From positions 1,332 to 65,331 of the forward strand of contig CBFCZV010000012.1 of NCBI GenBank assembly GCA_965602855.1: a stretch of 64,000 nucleotides of DNA. The letters run 5' to 3'. The stretch comes from an uncultured Gammaproteobacteria bacterium. GTDB lineage: Bacteria; Pseudomonadota; Gammaproteobacteria; SZUA-229. The position numbers and the translations under genes were made by a program. Positions within the stretch are counted from its first letter, which is position 1. Every line of letters begins with the position of its first letter. Positions 8,889 to 19,745 of the stretch are shown in pieces. A model generated the notes under the pieces. It ran no database searches. It was given only the letters and a program-made list of their open reading frames with translations, and was not told the origin of the DNA.

Positions 8889-9679
8889 ATTTATTTACGA
8901 CATTATTACGCAAGTATGAAAACTGGCGCGTACTGTCTGCACTGAAAGAATACCCCCTTCCCTTTTCCAGATGGCAGGTGGTCAGGCAGCTCGCCTGCAT
9001 TCGCCACCTTAGTCCTGTCGAAAAAGCACGTTTGCACGTGCTCTGCTCTGTGCTGCTAACACAAAAATCTTTCATTGGTCAGCAGGGATTAGATCTTAGC
9101 GATGAAATGAAACTAATCATCGCTGCCCAGGCCTGTGTGCCAATATTAAAACTGGGACTCAATTACTATTCAGGTTTCGTCCAGGTCAGCGTCTATCCCG
9201 CTGCATTCTGGGTAGAGCATGAAGAAAGAGACGAAGCCGGAATTGTGCACCGTAAAAGAAAACTGCTTTCGGGTGAAGCCTGGTCACGTGGCCCGCTGAT
9301 TCTTTCGTGGGATGATATTCAACGGGATATAGAGCGAGGCCGTGAGGGACATAACGTCATCATCCATGAGTTTGCGCACAAGATCGATATGTTAAATACA
9401 GGCGCCAATGGTGTACCACCGATTTCTACCGACAGTAGAAAAAAATGGACAAAGACATTTCAGCGCGCCTACCAACATCTCATCGGGCGCATGCAGCACC
9501 ACCATAAAACCTGCATCAACGCATACGGTGGAACATCACCGACAGAATTTTTTGCTGTGTCGAGTGAATATTTTTTTACTGCTCCTGATCTTCTTGAGCG
9601 GTGTTACCCCAATGTTTATAAAGAATTGAAACTGTTTTATCGACAAGATCCACTTGGACGTTTGAGTAAAGCAGAATAA
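8885..9679 (+). CDS. mtfA: MtfA-like zinc-dependent peptidase (DUF980 / M90 family)
   Basis: 264-aa ORF with HEFAH zinc-binding motif (IIHEFAHKID) and overall MtfA-like layout. The start overlaps the hrpB stop (ATGA), suggesting translational coupling. Confidence 0.75.
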   Translation: MNLFTTLLRKYENWRVLSALKEYPLPFSRWQVVRQLACIRHLSPVEKARLHVLCSVLLTQKSFIGQQGLDLSDEMKLIIAAQACVPILKLGLNYYSGFVQVSVYPAAFWVEHEERDEAGIVHRKRKLLSGEAWSRGPLILSWDDIQRDIERGREGHNVIIHEFAHKIDMLNTGANGVPPISTDSRKKWTKTFQRAYQHLIGRMQHHHKTCINAYGGTSPTEFFAVSSEYFFTAPDLLERCYPNVYKELKLFYRQDPLGRLSKAE

Positions 9680-9855
9680 TCAAAACCATTCCATTATTTA
9701 GTTTAGCGACTATTACTGGGTATTCCCCAACGCTCCCAGACGAAGACCAGCAACGATAAATTGTGAAATATTTTAAAATGTCGAATTGACATGAATCAAG
9801 ACTGAGTCTAGTTCAACCAAATAAACTCCAAATACAAAATAAAGAGGATTATGTG

Positions 9856-9987
9856 ATGGAAGTATTTGGTGATTTATTCAATGATTTGACGGGCTGGTTA
9901 ACCATAGGAATACTAATCTTTATGATTGGCATGATGGCCTTTCTGACTAATATGATTATTAAAAAATCCAGGGGTGATGGAAGCTAA
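9856..9987 (+). CDS. possible 43-aa small hydrophobic membrane protein
   Basis: ATG preceded by AAAGAGGA with 7-nt spacing. Encodes MEVFGDLFNDLTGWLTIGILIFMIGMMAFLTNMIIKKSRGDGS. Too short for the supplied ORF track. No homology assessed. Confidence 0.3.
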   Translation: MEVFGDLFNDLTGWLTIGILIFMIGMMAFLTNMIIKKSRGDGS

Positions 9988-10027
9988 TACATCAATGTTT
10001 TAAAGCCCCCCCAATCAGTTATAGGTC

Positions 10028-10080
10028 GGGAACCCTTTCCCGACGTTTCAGATCTTGTCGGCATGGGGATGCCGACCTAC
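10028..10080. terminator. pair of perfect 8-bp-stem hairpins (REP-like / bidirectional terminator candidates) between the small ORF and pfaE
   Basis: GTCGGGAA-ccct-TTCCCGAC and GTCGGCAT-gggg-ATGCCGAC are two related GTCGG...CCGAC palindromes 20 bp apart. A further AT-rich perfect inverted repeat ATAAAAAGG-tgt-CCTTTTTAT at about 10180-10200 lies immediately 3' of the pfaE stop. Confidence 0.35.
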
Positions 10081-10217
10081 TGGCTAACAAAGCTGTCATT
10101 CTGAGCGTAGCGAAGAATCTTATACAGCTCTTTATGCTATCACTCCTCTACACCAGATCCTTCACTCTGTTCAGGATGACATAAAAAGGTGTCCTTTTTA
10201 TATGGCTCGGTAATATA

Positions 10218-10970
10218 TCAAGTATATTGATAACAACGATAGTCACGAATAGATAACTCTGCCGCCAACGTCGCACGATAATCATCCAATACATCTGGCA
10301 ATTCAATATCAACAAACTCAATCTGCACAGAAGGTTGGTATTTTTTTGAGTGGTGTTCAATTAGTGCAGGCGACTGAGGTGGAACTGTTAAAGTAAAGCC
10401 CGTCGGAGGAAGTGATAATCCACTGCCCAGCACTTTCATGTAGGCCTCTTTACGGGTCCAGAGCTGATAAAACGCTGACTTCTGGTTTTCTTTCGCTAAT
10501 GCAAATAGCGCCTGTTTCTCAGGTTCTGTATAAAATCGCTGACAAATTTCAGCCCATTCTGTTTTTCGATCCATGTATTCAATATCAATACCCAGCTCTG
10601 TGCCTCTGCTGACTGCAAGTAATGTTATATCCTGTGTATGGCTTAGATTGAATTTTATATCCTGCTGATTATCTTCTGCAGCAACGAGTGAGGGCTTGCC
10701 CTTATCACCAGACTGAAACTGGATATGGGCTGGCTCTATGAATAAGTATTTTGCCAGCACTGAACGTTTAAAGCCGTGCGACATGATGAAACGATTTCGA
10801 TGAATATCTAGCTTGAAGCGTTGCGCTCTGGCCTGTTCTTCGGCTGACAAGAGAGTGCTGAAATAACCGAATTTATCCTTAACGGTCTCTGCTTTGCATA
10901 ACCAGATATCGACAACACCCTGCTGCAATTTGAAATCTGGATTTTTATTCCACTGGTGGGCAGTACCCAT
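10218..10970 (-). CDS. pfaE: Sfp-type 4'-phosphopantetheinyl transferase PfaE
   Basis: PPTase motifs LGIDIEY (G-x-D-x-E) and WTRKEAYMKVLG (W-x-x-KEA-x-x-K). 250 aa. Directly downstream of pfaD in the same operon. Confidence 0.85.
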   Translation of the reverse strand: MGTAHQWNKNPDFKLQQGVVDIWLCKAETVKDKFGYFSTLLSAEEQARAQRFKLDIHRNRFIMSHGFKRSVLAKYLFIEPAHIQFQSGDKGKPSLVAAEDNQQDIKFNLSHTQDITLLAVSRGTELGIDIEYMDRKTEWAEICQRFYTEPEKQALFALAKENQKSAFYQLWTRKEAYMKVLGSGLSLPPTGFTLTVPPQSPALIEHHSKKYQPSVQIEFVDIELPDVLDDYRATLAAELSIRDYRCYQYT

Positions 10971-10971
10971 T

Positions 10972-12498
10972 TTATCTCGGCGCTGTTGGGATATACCGCT
11001 GGTATTTTGCCGGTAGATACAAGCCCTGACTTTTTAATACCTGAATTCGATGCTGATAGGCTGCGCCATACATCAACTGTTCGGCAACATCGACTACTTT
11101 ACGATTTTGGTAATCATTCAAATAAGTTGAAGCCACCCAGTCATTAAAGGCACCCATCGCAGGGCCGCTCCATATTTGGTAGTCAAATTCACGGCCTTTT
11201 ACACCGGCGTTTGACCAGCGCGATGAAAGCCCCAGATACCAACGAAAAACTAATGCCATTTGTTTCTTTGGATTATCTTTTGCTTTTTCAATAATGGATG
11301 GATCGCGTTTCTGGAAAAATTCTACGGTCTGCTGCCAGATAGTATCAACACTATTTTGCAAAATCTGCTTCTCTACTTTTTCCAGCTCAGTAGGTGGAAT
11401 TTCAGAGAGGCTATTATAAGTTGAGTACAACTCATATAATTTCTGCGCACGCATCGGAAACAGTGTGCCCTTTTTCAGTACCTGTAGTTTAATGCCGCGT
11501 TCAAACATGTCGGATGCCGGTGCCATCACCACATCAGCCATGCCTGCTTCTGCTAATAATTTACGAGTATGCTCTGACGCGCCCGCCTCCACGCAGCTCT
11601 GGTTAACCGAACCGGTAACGACATAAGCCGCACCCATGATATAACAGGCCAGTGCGGCATCGGGTGTACCGACACCACCACCCGCTCCCACTCTAATTTC
11701 AACAGGATAATTATTCTGCTGCTGAATTTCATCCCGCAATGCAATCACCGACGGCAATAAAGATATCAAAGGACGATTATCGGTATGTCCACCTGAATCG
11801 GCCTCGACAGTAATATCATCGGCCATGGGTACTCGCAGCGCCAGTTGCGCCTGCTGTTCGCTGAGCAAACCATCAGCGACTAATTTGTTGAGCACATTTT
11901 CTGGCGCAGGCTGCATAAACACAGTCGCCACTTCTCGTCTGGAAACTTTGGCGATAATTTTATTATTGATCTGGATGTTGCCCTGTGAATCCTGTTGCAA
12001 ACCCTTGGCACGATAATAAACCAGCGAAGGTGTCAGATTAAAAAAGGCCGCAGCCTCTATCACATTGACACCGTACTTCAGGTATAAATCGATGGTGCCC
12101 TGCTCAATCGCAGGTTCGGATGGGTTATGGATAAAATTGAAAACATAAGGCCCATTGGGTAGCGCCTGCTGAATATTTTTAATCGCCAGTTCAACGCGGT
12201 TAAGGTCGAGACCACCAGCGCCAAAAGAAGCCAGGATGTTCTGTTTTCCCAGCGCAATAACCATCTCTTCCGAGGAAATACCATTGGCCATGGCACCAGT
12301 CATATAAGCGTACTTCACGCCATAAAATGCCTTAAACGCGGGATCACCCAACTGCTCTGCCTGCATCGGTGGAACAAAGGCGCTAATTTTTGCGACATCT
12401 TCACAACCTTCATTATTGATAACGAGCTGATCGTTATCCTGAATAACGTAACACGGTTTATCTAATTGCTGTAAAGACTCCAGACCCTGAATCGACAT
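10972..12498 (-). CDS. pfaD: PfaD-family trans-enoyl reductase (FMN-dependent, 2-nitropropane-dioxygenase-like) of PUFA synthase
   Basis: 508 aa. TIM-barrel NPD-like core with the glycine-rich stretch VGAGGGVGTPDAALA. Position immediately after pfaC is as in known pfa clusters. Confidence 0.88.
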   Translation of the reverse strand: MSIQGLESLQQLDKPCYVIQDNDQLVINNEGCEDVAKISAFVPPMQAEQLGDPAFKAFYGVKYAYMTGAMANGISSEEMVIALGKQNILASFGAGGLDLNRVELAIKNIQQALPNGPYVFNFIHNPSEPAIEQGTIDLYLKYGVNVIEAAAFFNLTPSLVYYRAKGLQQDSQGNIQINNKIIAKVSRREVATVFMQPAPENVLNKLVADGLLSEQQAQLALRVPMADDITVEADSGGHTDNRPLISLLPSVIALRDEIQQQNNYPVEIRVGAGGGVGTPDAALACYIMGAAYVVTGSVNQSCVEAGASEHTRKLLAEAGMADVVMAPASDMFERGIKLQVLKKGTLFPMRAQKLYELYSTYNSLSEIPPTELEKVEKQILQNSVDTIWQQTVEFFQKRDPSIIEKAKDNPKKQMALVFRWYLGLSSRWSNAGVKGREFDYQIWSGPAMGAFNDWVASTYLNDYQNRKVVDVAEQLMYGAAYQHRIQVLKSQGLYLPAKYQRYIPTAPR

Positions 12499-15400
12499 TT
12501 ATTCGGCCTCCTTAATACTCAGGCCAATATTTTCTACGGAGTAAATTCGCAGGCCATCTTTCCACAAGTTTCCATCGACAAGAATATCAATGCGACCGAC
12601 ATTATTTCTAATCTCTTTAACATGAACCTCAAGTGTCATCACTTTATTATCAGGAATAATCTGTCCTCGATAACACCAGCTGGCTTCATCTTCTACCGGA
12701 CCAAAGCGTGGGTTTTTAAAATCTTTACCCAGGTTCTGTTGCAGCGCAAAAACCTGTATCGATTGAATCATCGCCTCGACTCCCAATGAACCCGGCATCA
12801 CCGGATCCAGATAGAAGTGACAGGGATAGAACCAGTCAGTGGCATCGATCACATTCATGGAGTGGACATAACCCTTGCCATATTTGCCACCATCAGCAAC
12901 CACGATAGATTCATCGATAAAGTCCAGCATACCACCGGCCAGGTGGTAATAAGGTTTATCCTGTTTCGCCGCGTACAGATCCTGTCTGACCTGTTCAGAG
13001 TGAAGATCAAGCTTGATTAATCTATCATCAGAAATCGCTTCTTCTTTATACCAGGGCAGTAATTTTTTACCCTTATCCATACCCACCTGATTAGACAGCG
13101 AATCGGCGGTAAAGAAACCGAATACCGCATCACCCTCGTAGAAAGTTTCACCATCGCAAATTAATTCAAAGGTGAACTTTTGAATAATATTGTTCATCAC
13201 CGCGGAGGTAGAATACATGGTCGATTTATTGACGATGGTCTTGCCACGAAGATCAACTTCTTTTATTAATCGTCCGGTTCCATCCAGATTACGGAAATAA
13301 AGATTTGAATCTGGATAGAGCAAGGTGCTGCCAATATGCGAAGTCAAAAACCCATTCGGCTGTAACGCAATCTCCATTAACATCGAGTAAGGCGTAAACG
13401 AGGGGTAAGAATTCTCAGTACAGAACCAGACGTCTTCGGCAACATCATATTCGGCGGTACAGCCGGTGGTGTTATCAAAATCATGACGTTCACCCTCCAC
13501 GCTCATCACCCGATCCATTAACTGTAAATAACCATTGGGGGTACGTGGTGGTCGTCTGGCAGGATCACCGGCTTTCGCTGGCGGCTGTTTATAAATAGCG
13601 AACTCAGGACCAAAACAGGCTTCGATATCACCCGTGGCAAAGTGCACTATCTGCTCTTCGGTAAATAGCGGTGCTTTTTTGCTGCTTGGCACAACTGCCA
13701 GTGCTGGTGGTGTTGATTGCACTGGTGCTGGAGCTGGCTGCTGATTAATATCTGCCGCGCCACCTTTTAGCAACAGTTTTTCTGCGGCACTCTTTTCAGA
13801 TAGTTCAAGACAAACATTTCTAAAGTCGACCACCACTTTTCCATCTAGCAAAATATCGACGTTACCTTTGGCATAAGGTTTTGGACTCAGACCGATTTCG
13901 GTCACTTCCAGTCGGTAGGTCATCAATCGATCTTTGGGTAGAGCCTGACCCCGGCATCGAATAGGCTGGGGTATGTTCTGTATCGTCTGGAAGCGCGCAT
14001 CTTCTGTTTTGGTGTGCAGGCCTAAATAGAGCATGAAAAATTGCAGTAACTGAACACAACCTTCAGACATCAAGGAACCAGCCAGCACAGGATCATCGCG
14101 GAAGTGACTGGTAAAGTACCACTCATCCGGCAACAGGTCTTTTTCAGCTTCGATAAATCCAAGACCCCACAGGCCACCAGCAGGATCAACCGAAGTGATA
14201 CGATCCAGCATCAGAATTTTTTCTAATGGGAAATGCAAAGAAGGATTTTTGCCCATTTTGTCGTAAGCCGGATTGGCATAACAGGCGGCTAAATCACCCG
14301 TGGTCAACGAATGCATATCATTCTTATCAAAAGATGTTTTGCTGCATTGCAACAAAGGAGTAAACGATGACTTTGTCACGCGTCCCCGCTCAGCAGTTTC
14401 CTCATTGGTGCGAATAACACCCTTGCCAACGGCGAGCTCCTCTTCCGAGAAGAAACCGGCACAACCCTCATCCATTTTCAGGATCATTTTATCGCCGATA
14501 AAACACTCGTAAGAGAAAAAGAACAGCAGGTTATTTTTATGCTGGGCGAAAGAGTTGATGGAAATTTCATAACGCAGCGTCTGACCTTCTTTGGGCTGGT
14601 CATCCAGGAAGGTCAAAGTGCAATCGAGCAAACGGTACAGATATTTGCCTTTGTTATTAAAATCGATACCCATGTAGCTGATCAACAACAAATCACATTG
14701 ACCCGATTCGATACAGATACAGGTGGGGATCTGACCATCGGTTGAATACCAGGCATTGTGCGGAATATCATATTCCGTGGTCATTTTAGAAGGTTTAAAC
14801 TCACCACGTTCACCCTGCATTTCAGTAACACGCGTCACCAGCAAATAAGGATCCATCGGTAACATTACCCGTTTAGGATAACTATCGATGATGTCATATT
14901 CAGAGCCAAACACCTTGCCAATTTTTCCATAGGCAAATTCGCGTAAATCTTCTTCGCTGAAAATTATTTTCTCAGGCGTGCTGTATTCAGACGGGAACAA
15001 TTGTTTTGTCGCGACATTCTCATTAGAAGCAGTTGCTGCCGGTGTAAGCGAAGCCGTCTGAGTTGTACGTACTATATTTCCTGAACCCGGCGAGTGGATA
15101 CTATCAATAATCGATGCCGTTAAAGCCTGCAAGCCCTGATGGCGTGAAGCCATAAATCCTGCGTGCATTTTGCTGATGTTAATATTGTGCTGTAACATTT
15201 TTTGCAGCATTTCACTTTGATAAGTAGTTGAACCTCCGGTGACATAACCGGGCGTACCATTGGCAACTATTTTTCTCTCTGACATGTTTTGTCTCTGTTT
15301 ATCTATGCTTGCTGAATGCAGTTTATTTTCAACTGGCTCAGGATTTGTTTTAGTTACCACCGCTGGCTTGGCTGGAGGCATTTTAACTACTTCTGCTTTT

Positions 15401-18400
15401 TTAATTACCGGAGCCACTGGCTGTACTTTTTCAGGCAAAAATCTTGTCCTGTTTTGCTCAGCAAGAATGACTTCTGAAAATGGCTGCTTACCTAATACAA
15501 CCGGTTTGACCAAACTTGGCTTTTTGCTTTGCGCTTCATTCACAGCAGGATAAAGTTTATCCAGATCCATGGCTACGCCATGACAGGTCAGTTTGGCGGC
15601 CAAACGCAGTAAGGAGGTATAGTCATCCACACCCTTGCGATTAATGTTCACCGCAAGATGCTGTTTGCCTTTCAGGCTTTCACCAATCCATTTTGTACAG
15701 CTGCCCTGAGGCCCCAGTTCAATAAAGATGCGCGCACCATCGTCATACACCTTATTAACCAGCTTTGGAAAATCGACCATGTGCGTATAGAAAGTCGCGA
15801 TATTGTGACCAATAACATCATCTTTGATTTCAGTTTTCTGGTAGTCGGCCGCGGTATAAAAATCAACACCTTCAATTTGGGTGGTTGGCATGGTGTGCAA
15901 TTCTTTAAGCGCATCAAACTCTGCTTTCACCAGTTCATTGTGAACAACATCTTTAATCGGAACAGGGAACAATTTCCATTTTAATTTTTTGACAACACGT
16001 CGACAGGCTTCATCATCACCAGCGATAACAATTTCATTGGGTGCGTTAATAATGATGAGGAACACCCTGTCCTCTTCAGCAATTATTGGCTCTGCTTTTT
16101 CTGGCGAGGTTCGCAAAGTATAAGTGCCCCAGATGGGCTTATCACCCTCTTTAGCCGGCGGCAGATTCCAGGCCTGCCTGACCACATCCATCTCACCGAC
16201 CAGGCGATTATGGAAGGTAGCGGTTGAGTGCAGAGTCTCACTCATGTAGTCGGTATTACCCCAGGCACCCGATGAGAACAGCATGGATAACTCGCCCATA
16301 CTGTGACCAAAAGCAGCACCAGGCTTAACGCCCAATAAATCCTGAATCACCTTGGTGTAGACAACAGAAGTCATAATGCCAGACTCAAACATGGCAATAG
16401 CATCTTCACCCATGACTTCCTCTAATTGTTTAAGCGCCTTTTTATCAGCTGCTGAAACAGTTTCAGGATAGACATAATGAGTGCGCATCATGGTTTTTAA
16501 ATTGGAGCTGGCGTTTGCAACCAGTTCTATGGTCTCGGGGAACATATGAAATATGTCCCTGGCCATACCAATATAAGAATTAAAACCACCAGGATAAACG
16601 AAAGCGATCTTGCCTTTTTCAGCCTGTGGTGTCGGTGTGAAGTAACTGCCTAACGGCGTTGACCACTCCTGTGCATTTTCCATGGCTACGGGCAGGCCTT
16701 TTTGAGCTGCAAGAATTTCACGCTGCAATTCTTCAGATGAATGCGCCAGTACTGTGATACGAAATTTTGCAGTCGTATTTTTCTTAAACTGCTGGTATTT
16801 ATCCAGCGAAAGTTGTTTTAAAGAAATCGTCTGTGCGGATTCTACTTGCAGTGAATCCAGCTCCTGCAATAACGTTTTTTCTGACTGGGCGCTAAGCGGG
16901 AACATAAAGAAGGACAGATTTTCAAAAAAATCATTCTTCGGTGTTTGAGCCTTATCGGCTTCAGATAAAATCAAATGATAGCAGCTGTCATCCTGACCCA
17001 GACTATTGATCGCCGCATAACGTTTTTTATGATCACTGTTAATCAACCAGGGGCGGGACTGCTCGGGAAAATAAAAATTATTTTCATCCCAGCTGGATAA
17101 ATCTTTTGGTTTATCCCAGCCGGGAATGCCCGGAATAAAACGCTGATGAATGCACAGCGCTGTTTTTACCAGACTGGCAATACCGGAAGCGGCAAAAGTG
17201 TGACCAATATTGGCTTTCACACTTCCTAGTGCACAAGTTTGTTTCTGGTAGGTTTTTTTCAGGGCCACAATTTCGGCATCATCCTGATTCTGGATACCAC
17301 TGCCGTTTAATTCAATATAATCAATCTGATCTTTGTCAACGCCAGCCTGTTGCAGGGCGTCGGCAGATGCCTGTTGTAAACTATCAGCAGAAACATTACG
17401 TTTACCTGCCAGCGCTTCAATCGTCGCGTAAACCCGCTCACTATTTTCCAGCTGATCATTACGCTTTAAAACAACGGCACCAGCACCTTCACCGATGCTC
17501 CAGCCTGTGCTGCCCTGATCAAAACTCAAACCAGCGTCATCATTTGAATCAAGTGGATTGCGCTGATTTTGAAGATAGACGTGTTCAAAACCACCCGCCA
17601 GATCCACCGCACCAACTACCATGGCATCGACTTCACCAGAATCTAAAAATAACTTAGCCACTTCCAGCGCTTTGAATACGGAATTTTCTTCTGAAGAAAT
17701 AGTAAAAGCCGGGCCGGAGAAATCCCACAGGGAACAAATACGACAGGGAATAATATTGCCGATAAAACTGGTGAACTGATTGATCTCAACCGCATTGTGC
17801 AGGCTATCTTTCAGTAGATCGGTGAGCTGTTCCTGCTGCACATCGCTCAATTCAATATTGCTGTTACGCAGGCTCTCCTGCAGTTGCCAGGCAACATCAA
17901 TACGCCCACGGAACTGATGAATCCCCAGGTCCATTTCCATCGCTACAATAACACCAACATTGCCACATTTAGGCAGGGTGGAATCTTGCAGCGCTTCATC
18001 CAGCACTTTCATCATCAGCAACTGTTGCGGTAATAAAGGCGCCTGTTCTTCCGGTGGGATTTTGAAATACAGGTAATCAAAATCAAACTGATCTATGTAG
18101 TTTCCCTGTGGTGCTTTTTCATCAAGACCAAATTTTTTCAATAACGGGCTATCGTTTTCAATACCCTGCCAGCGATCTTTAGGTAAAGATCGTTGCAAAC
18201 GTCTGGAGTTGTAGATGGTCTCTTCCAGTTCAGACAACGATTTACTCTGCCCGAAGTAAGCACTCATACCAACGATAGAAATCGCCTGCTCCGTGATTTC
18301 AGTCGGTTTCTGTTTTGCTATTTTCTCCTGCTGTTTTTTAGTCAACGGAAGATGCTCTTCCATCACCAGATGTGCATTAGTTCCACCAAAACCAAAAGCG

Positions 18401-19719
18401 CTGATAGCGGCGACTTTTTTATTCTTACCAGAACCTTTAGCCTGCGGCCAGGGACTATTTTCAGTTAAAATTTTATCGTCGGCAATCTTGTCACTGTCAC
18501 AACTTAGCGGTTTTTGAACATTAATGGTTGCCGGTAGTAAATCATTTTTCATCGCCAAAATAATTTTTAGCATACCCGCCATGCCAGCCGAAGTCAGCAG
18601 ATGACCAAAGTTAGATTTGGCTGTGCCCATGCTGAAGTGAATATTTTTATCGCCGAAGAAACCCTGCATCGATTGAATTTCAGTTTCATCACCCAGCGGT
18701 GTTCCGGTGGCATGACATTCAACATAGTCGACATCTTCCGGTTTTATTTCAGTATCGTTATAAGCTCGCTCATAACATCTTTCCTGACCGGCCTGATTGG
18801 GGCTTAAAACAAATTTTCCTTTACCGTCATTGGAGAGGCCAATGCCACTGATGACGCCTTGTATAGCATCACCATCACGTACTGCATCTTCATAACGTTT
18901 TAAAACAAACATACCGGCACCCTCGCCGGTATTTAAACCACTGGAATTTTTATCCAGCGGTCGGCTTATCACATTTTCAGGAAAAGCTTTAAAAGTTGAA
19001 AAACCCATGGAGACAAACCAGGGGTCAGCGGCACTAACCGCACCGGCCAGCATCATGTCTGCCTTATGCGACAGCAGATAGGAACAGGCGAGCTTCATAC
19101 TATAGAGCGATGATGCGCAGGCGGCATCCAGCGCCATTGATACCTCACCTAATGCTAGCGCCTGATTGATGGTGCTAGCCGGGTGACCGCCAACGCTACC
19201 ATTAGTTAAATCAGCAGCCGACTCGCCACCCATTTCAAGACTCTGATCATTGAGTAATTTTTTTAGTGGCGTAGCCAGGGCCTGATGATAGAGCGGCAAA
19301 AAAAGCTGGTTCGATTTTTTTGTGGGGAAAGAAAGATTGCCAAGGATTACACCGCAACGTTTCAATTTATCAGACTGATTGCTATAACCTGAATCTTTCA
19401 GCGCCTCGCGACTAACGTGCAAGGCCCACTGGAAAGTATTATCCAGATCATTTAGCTGCTCAGCACCTACTGCATAACCTTCACTATCAAACTGAAAGTT
19501 CTGAATATAACCACCGGTGGTGCAGTAGTATTTATCCTTGATCTCTTTGGCTGGCCCGTCTTTCGCTGGATTAAAATAATCAGCAGGTTCACGCCCCATT
19601 TGTTCTGCATCAGCAGCAACCCGTGAGTCTTTATTAGCAAGCAGATTCTGCCAGTATTCTTCAGGTGTCTCCGCTCCGGGAAACAGGCAGGAGGAACCTA
19701 TAATAGCAATCTTATTCAT
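12499..19719 (-). CDS. pfaC: PfaC-like multidomain subunit of PUFA/secondary-lipid synthase with embedded acyltransferase: KS - CLF - AT - FabA-like DH - FabA-like DH
   Basis: KS active site DAACASSLYSMKLA with HATGT and GHL motifs. A second KS-like chain-length-factor domain follows. AT domain with AFGHSMGELS (encoded about 16284-16313). Two FabA-type dehydratase signatures: YFTSHFRDDPVLAGSL and FYPCHFYLDPVMPGSLGVEA. Length is 2406 aa. Confidence 0.9.
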   Translation of the reverse strand: MNKIAIIGSSCLFPGAETPEEYWQNLLANKDSRVAADAEQMGREPADYFNPAKDGPAKEIKDKYYCTTGGYIQNFQFDSEGYAVGAEQLNDLDNTFQWALHVSREALKDSGYSNQSDKLKRCGVILGNLSFPTKKSNQLFLPLYHQALATPLKKLLNDQSLEMGGESAADLTNGSVGGHPASTINQALALGEVSMALDAACASSLYSMKLACSYLLSHKADMMLAGAVSAADPWFVSMGFSTFKAFPENVISRPLDKNSSGLNTGEGAGMFVLKRYEDAVRDGDAIQGVISGIGLSNDGKGKFVLSPNQAGQERCYERAYNDTEIKPEDVDYVECHATGTPLGDETEIQSMQGFFGDKNIHFSMGTAKSNFGHLLTSAGMAGMLKIILAMKNDLLPATINVQKPLSCDSDKIADDKILTENSPWPQAKGSGKNKKVAAISAFGFGGTNAHLVMEEHLPLTKKQQEKIAKQKPTEITEQAISIVGMSAYFGQSKSLSELEETIYNSRRLQRSLPKDRWQGIENDSPLLKKFGLDEKAPQGNYIDQFDFDYLYFKIPPEEQAPLLPQQLLMMKVLDEALQDSTLPKCGNVGVIVAMEMDLGIHQFRGRIDVAWQLQESLRNSNIELSDVQQEQLTDLLKDSLHNAVEINQFTSFIGNIIPCRICSLWDFSGPAFTISSEENSVFKALEVAKLFLDSGEVDAMVVGAVDLAGGFEHVYLQNQRNPLDSNDDAGLSFDQGSTGWSIGEGAGAVVLKRNDQLENSERVYATIEALAGKRNVSADSLQQASADALQQAGVDKDQIDYIELNGSGIQNQDDAEIVALKKTYQKQTCALGSVKANIGHTFAASGIASLVKTALCIHQRFIPGIPGWDKPKDLSSWDENNFYFPEQSRPWLINSDHKKRYAAINSLGQDDSCYHLILSEADKAQTPKNDFFENLSFFMFPLSAQSEKTLLQELDSLQVESAQTISLKQLSLDKYQQFKKNTTAKFRITVLAHSSEELQREILAAQKGLPVAMENAQEWSTPLGSYFTPTPQAEKGKIAFVYPGGFNSYIGMARDIFHMFPETIELVANASSNLKTMMRTHYVYPETVSAADKKALKQLEEVMGEDAIAMFESGIMTSVVYTKVIQDLLGVKPGAAFGHSMGELSMLFSSGAWGNTDYMSETLHSTATFHNRLVGEMDVVRQAWNLPPAKEGDKPIWGTYTLRTSPEKAEPIIAEEDRVFLIIINAPNEIVIAGDDEACRRVVKKLKWKLFPVPIKDVVHNELVKAEFDALKELHTMPTTQIEGVDFYTAADYQKTEIKDDVIGHNIATFYTHMVDFPKLVNKVYDDGARIFIELGPQGSCTKWIGESLKGKQHLAVNINRKGVDDYTSLLRLAAKLTCHGVAMDLDKLYPAVNEAQSKKPSLVKPVVLGKQPFSEVILAEQNRTRFLPEKVQPVAPVIKKAEVVKMPPAKPAVVTKTNPEPVENKLHSASIDKQRQNMSERKIVANGTPGYVTGGSTTYQSEMLQKMLQHNINISKMHAGFMASRHQGLQALTASIIDSIHSPGSGNIVRTTQTASLTPAATASNENVATKQLFPSEYSTPEKIIFSEEDLREFAYGKIGKVFGSEYDIIDSYPKRVMLPMDPYLLVTRVTEMQGERGEFKPSKMTTEYDIPHNAWYSTDGQIPTCICIESGQCDLLLISYMGIDFNNKGKYLYRLLDCTLTFLDDQPKEGQTLRYEISINSFAQHKNNLLFFFSYECFIGDKMILKMDEGCAGFFSEEELAVGKGVIRTNEETAERGRVTKSSFTPLLQCSKTSFDKNDMHSLTTGDLAACYANPAYDKMGKNPSLHFPLEKILMLDRITSVDPAGGLWGLGFIEAEKDLLPDEWYFTSHFRDDPVLAGSLMSEGCVQLLQFFMLYLGLHTKTEDARFQTIQNIPQPIRCRGQALPKDRLMTYRLEVTEIGLSPKPYAKGNVDILLDGKVVVDFRNVCLELSEKSAAEKLLLKGGAADINQQPAPAPVQSTPPALAVVPSSKKAPLFTEEQIVHFATGDIEACFGPEFAIYKQPPAKAGDPARRPPRTPNGYLQLMDRVMSVEGERHDFDNTTGCTAEYDVAEDVWFCTENSYPSFTPYSMLMEIALQPNGFLTSHIGSTLLYPDSNLYFRNLDGTGRLIKEVDLRGKTIVNKSTMYSTSAVMNNIIQKFTFELICDGETFYEGDAVFGFFTADSLSNQVGMDKGKKLLPWYKEEAISDDRLIKLDLHSEQVRQDLYAAKQDKPYYHLAGGMLDFIDESIVVADGGKYGKGYVHSMNVIDATDWFYPCHFYLDPVMPGSLGVEAMIQSIQVFALQQNLGKDFKNPRFGPVEDEASWCYRGQIIPDNKVMTLEVHVKEIRNNVGRIDILVDGNLWKDGLRIYSVENIGLSIKEAE

Positions 19720-19745
19720 ACGAAAAATCTCAAATACTTCTGACC

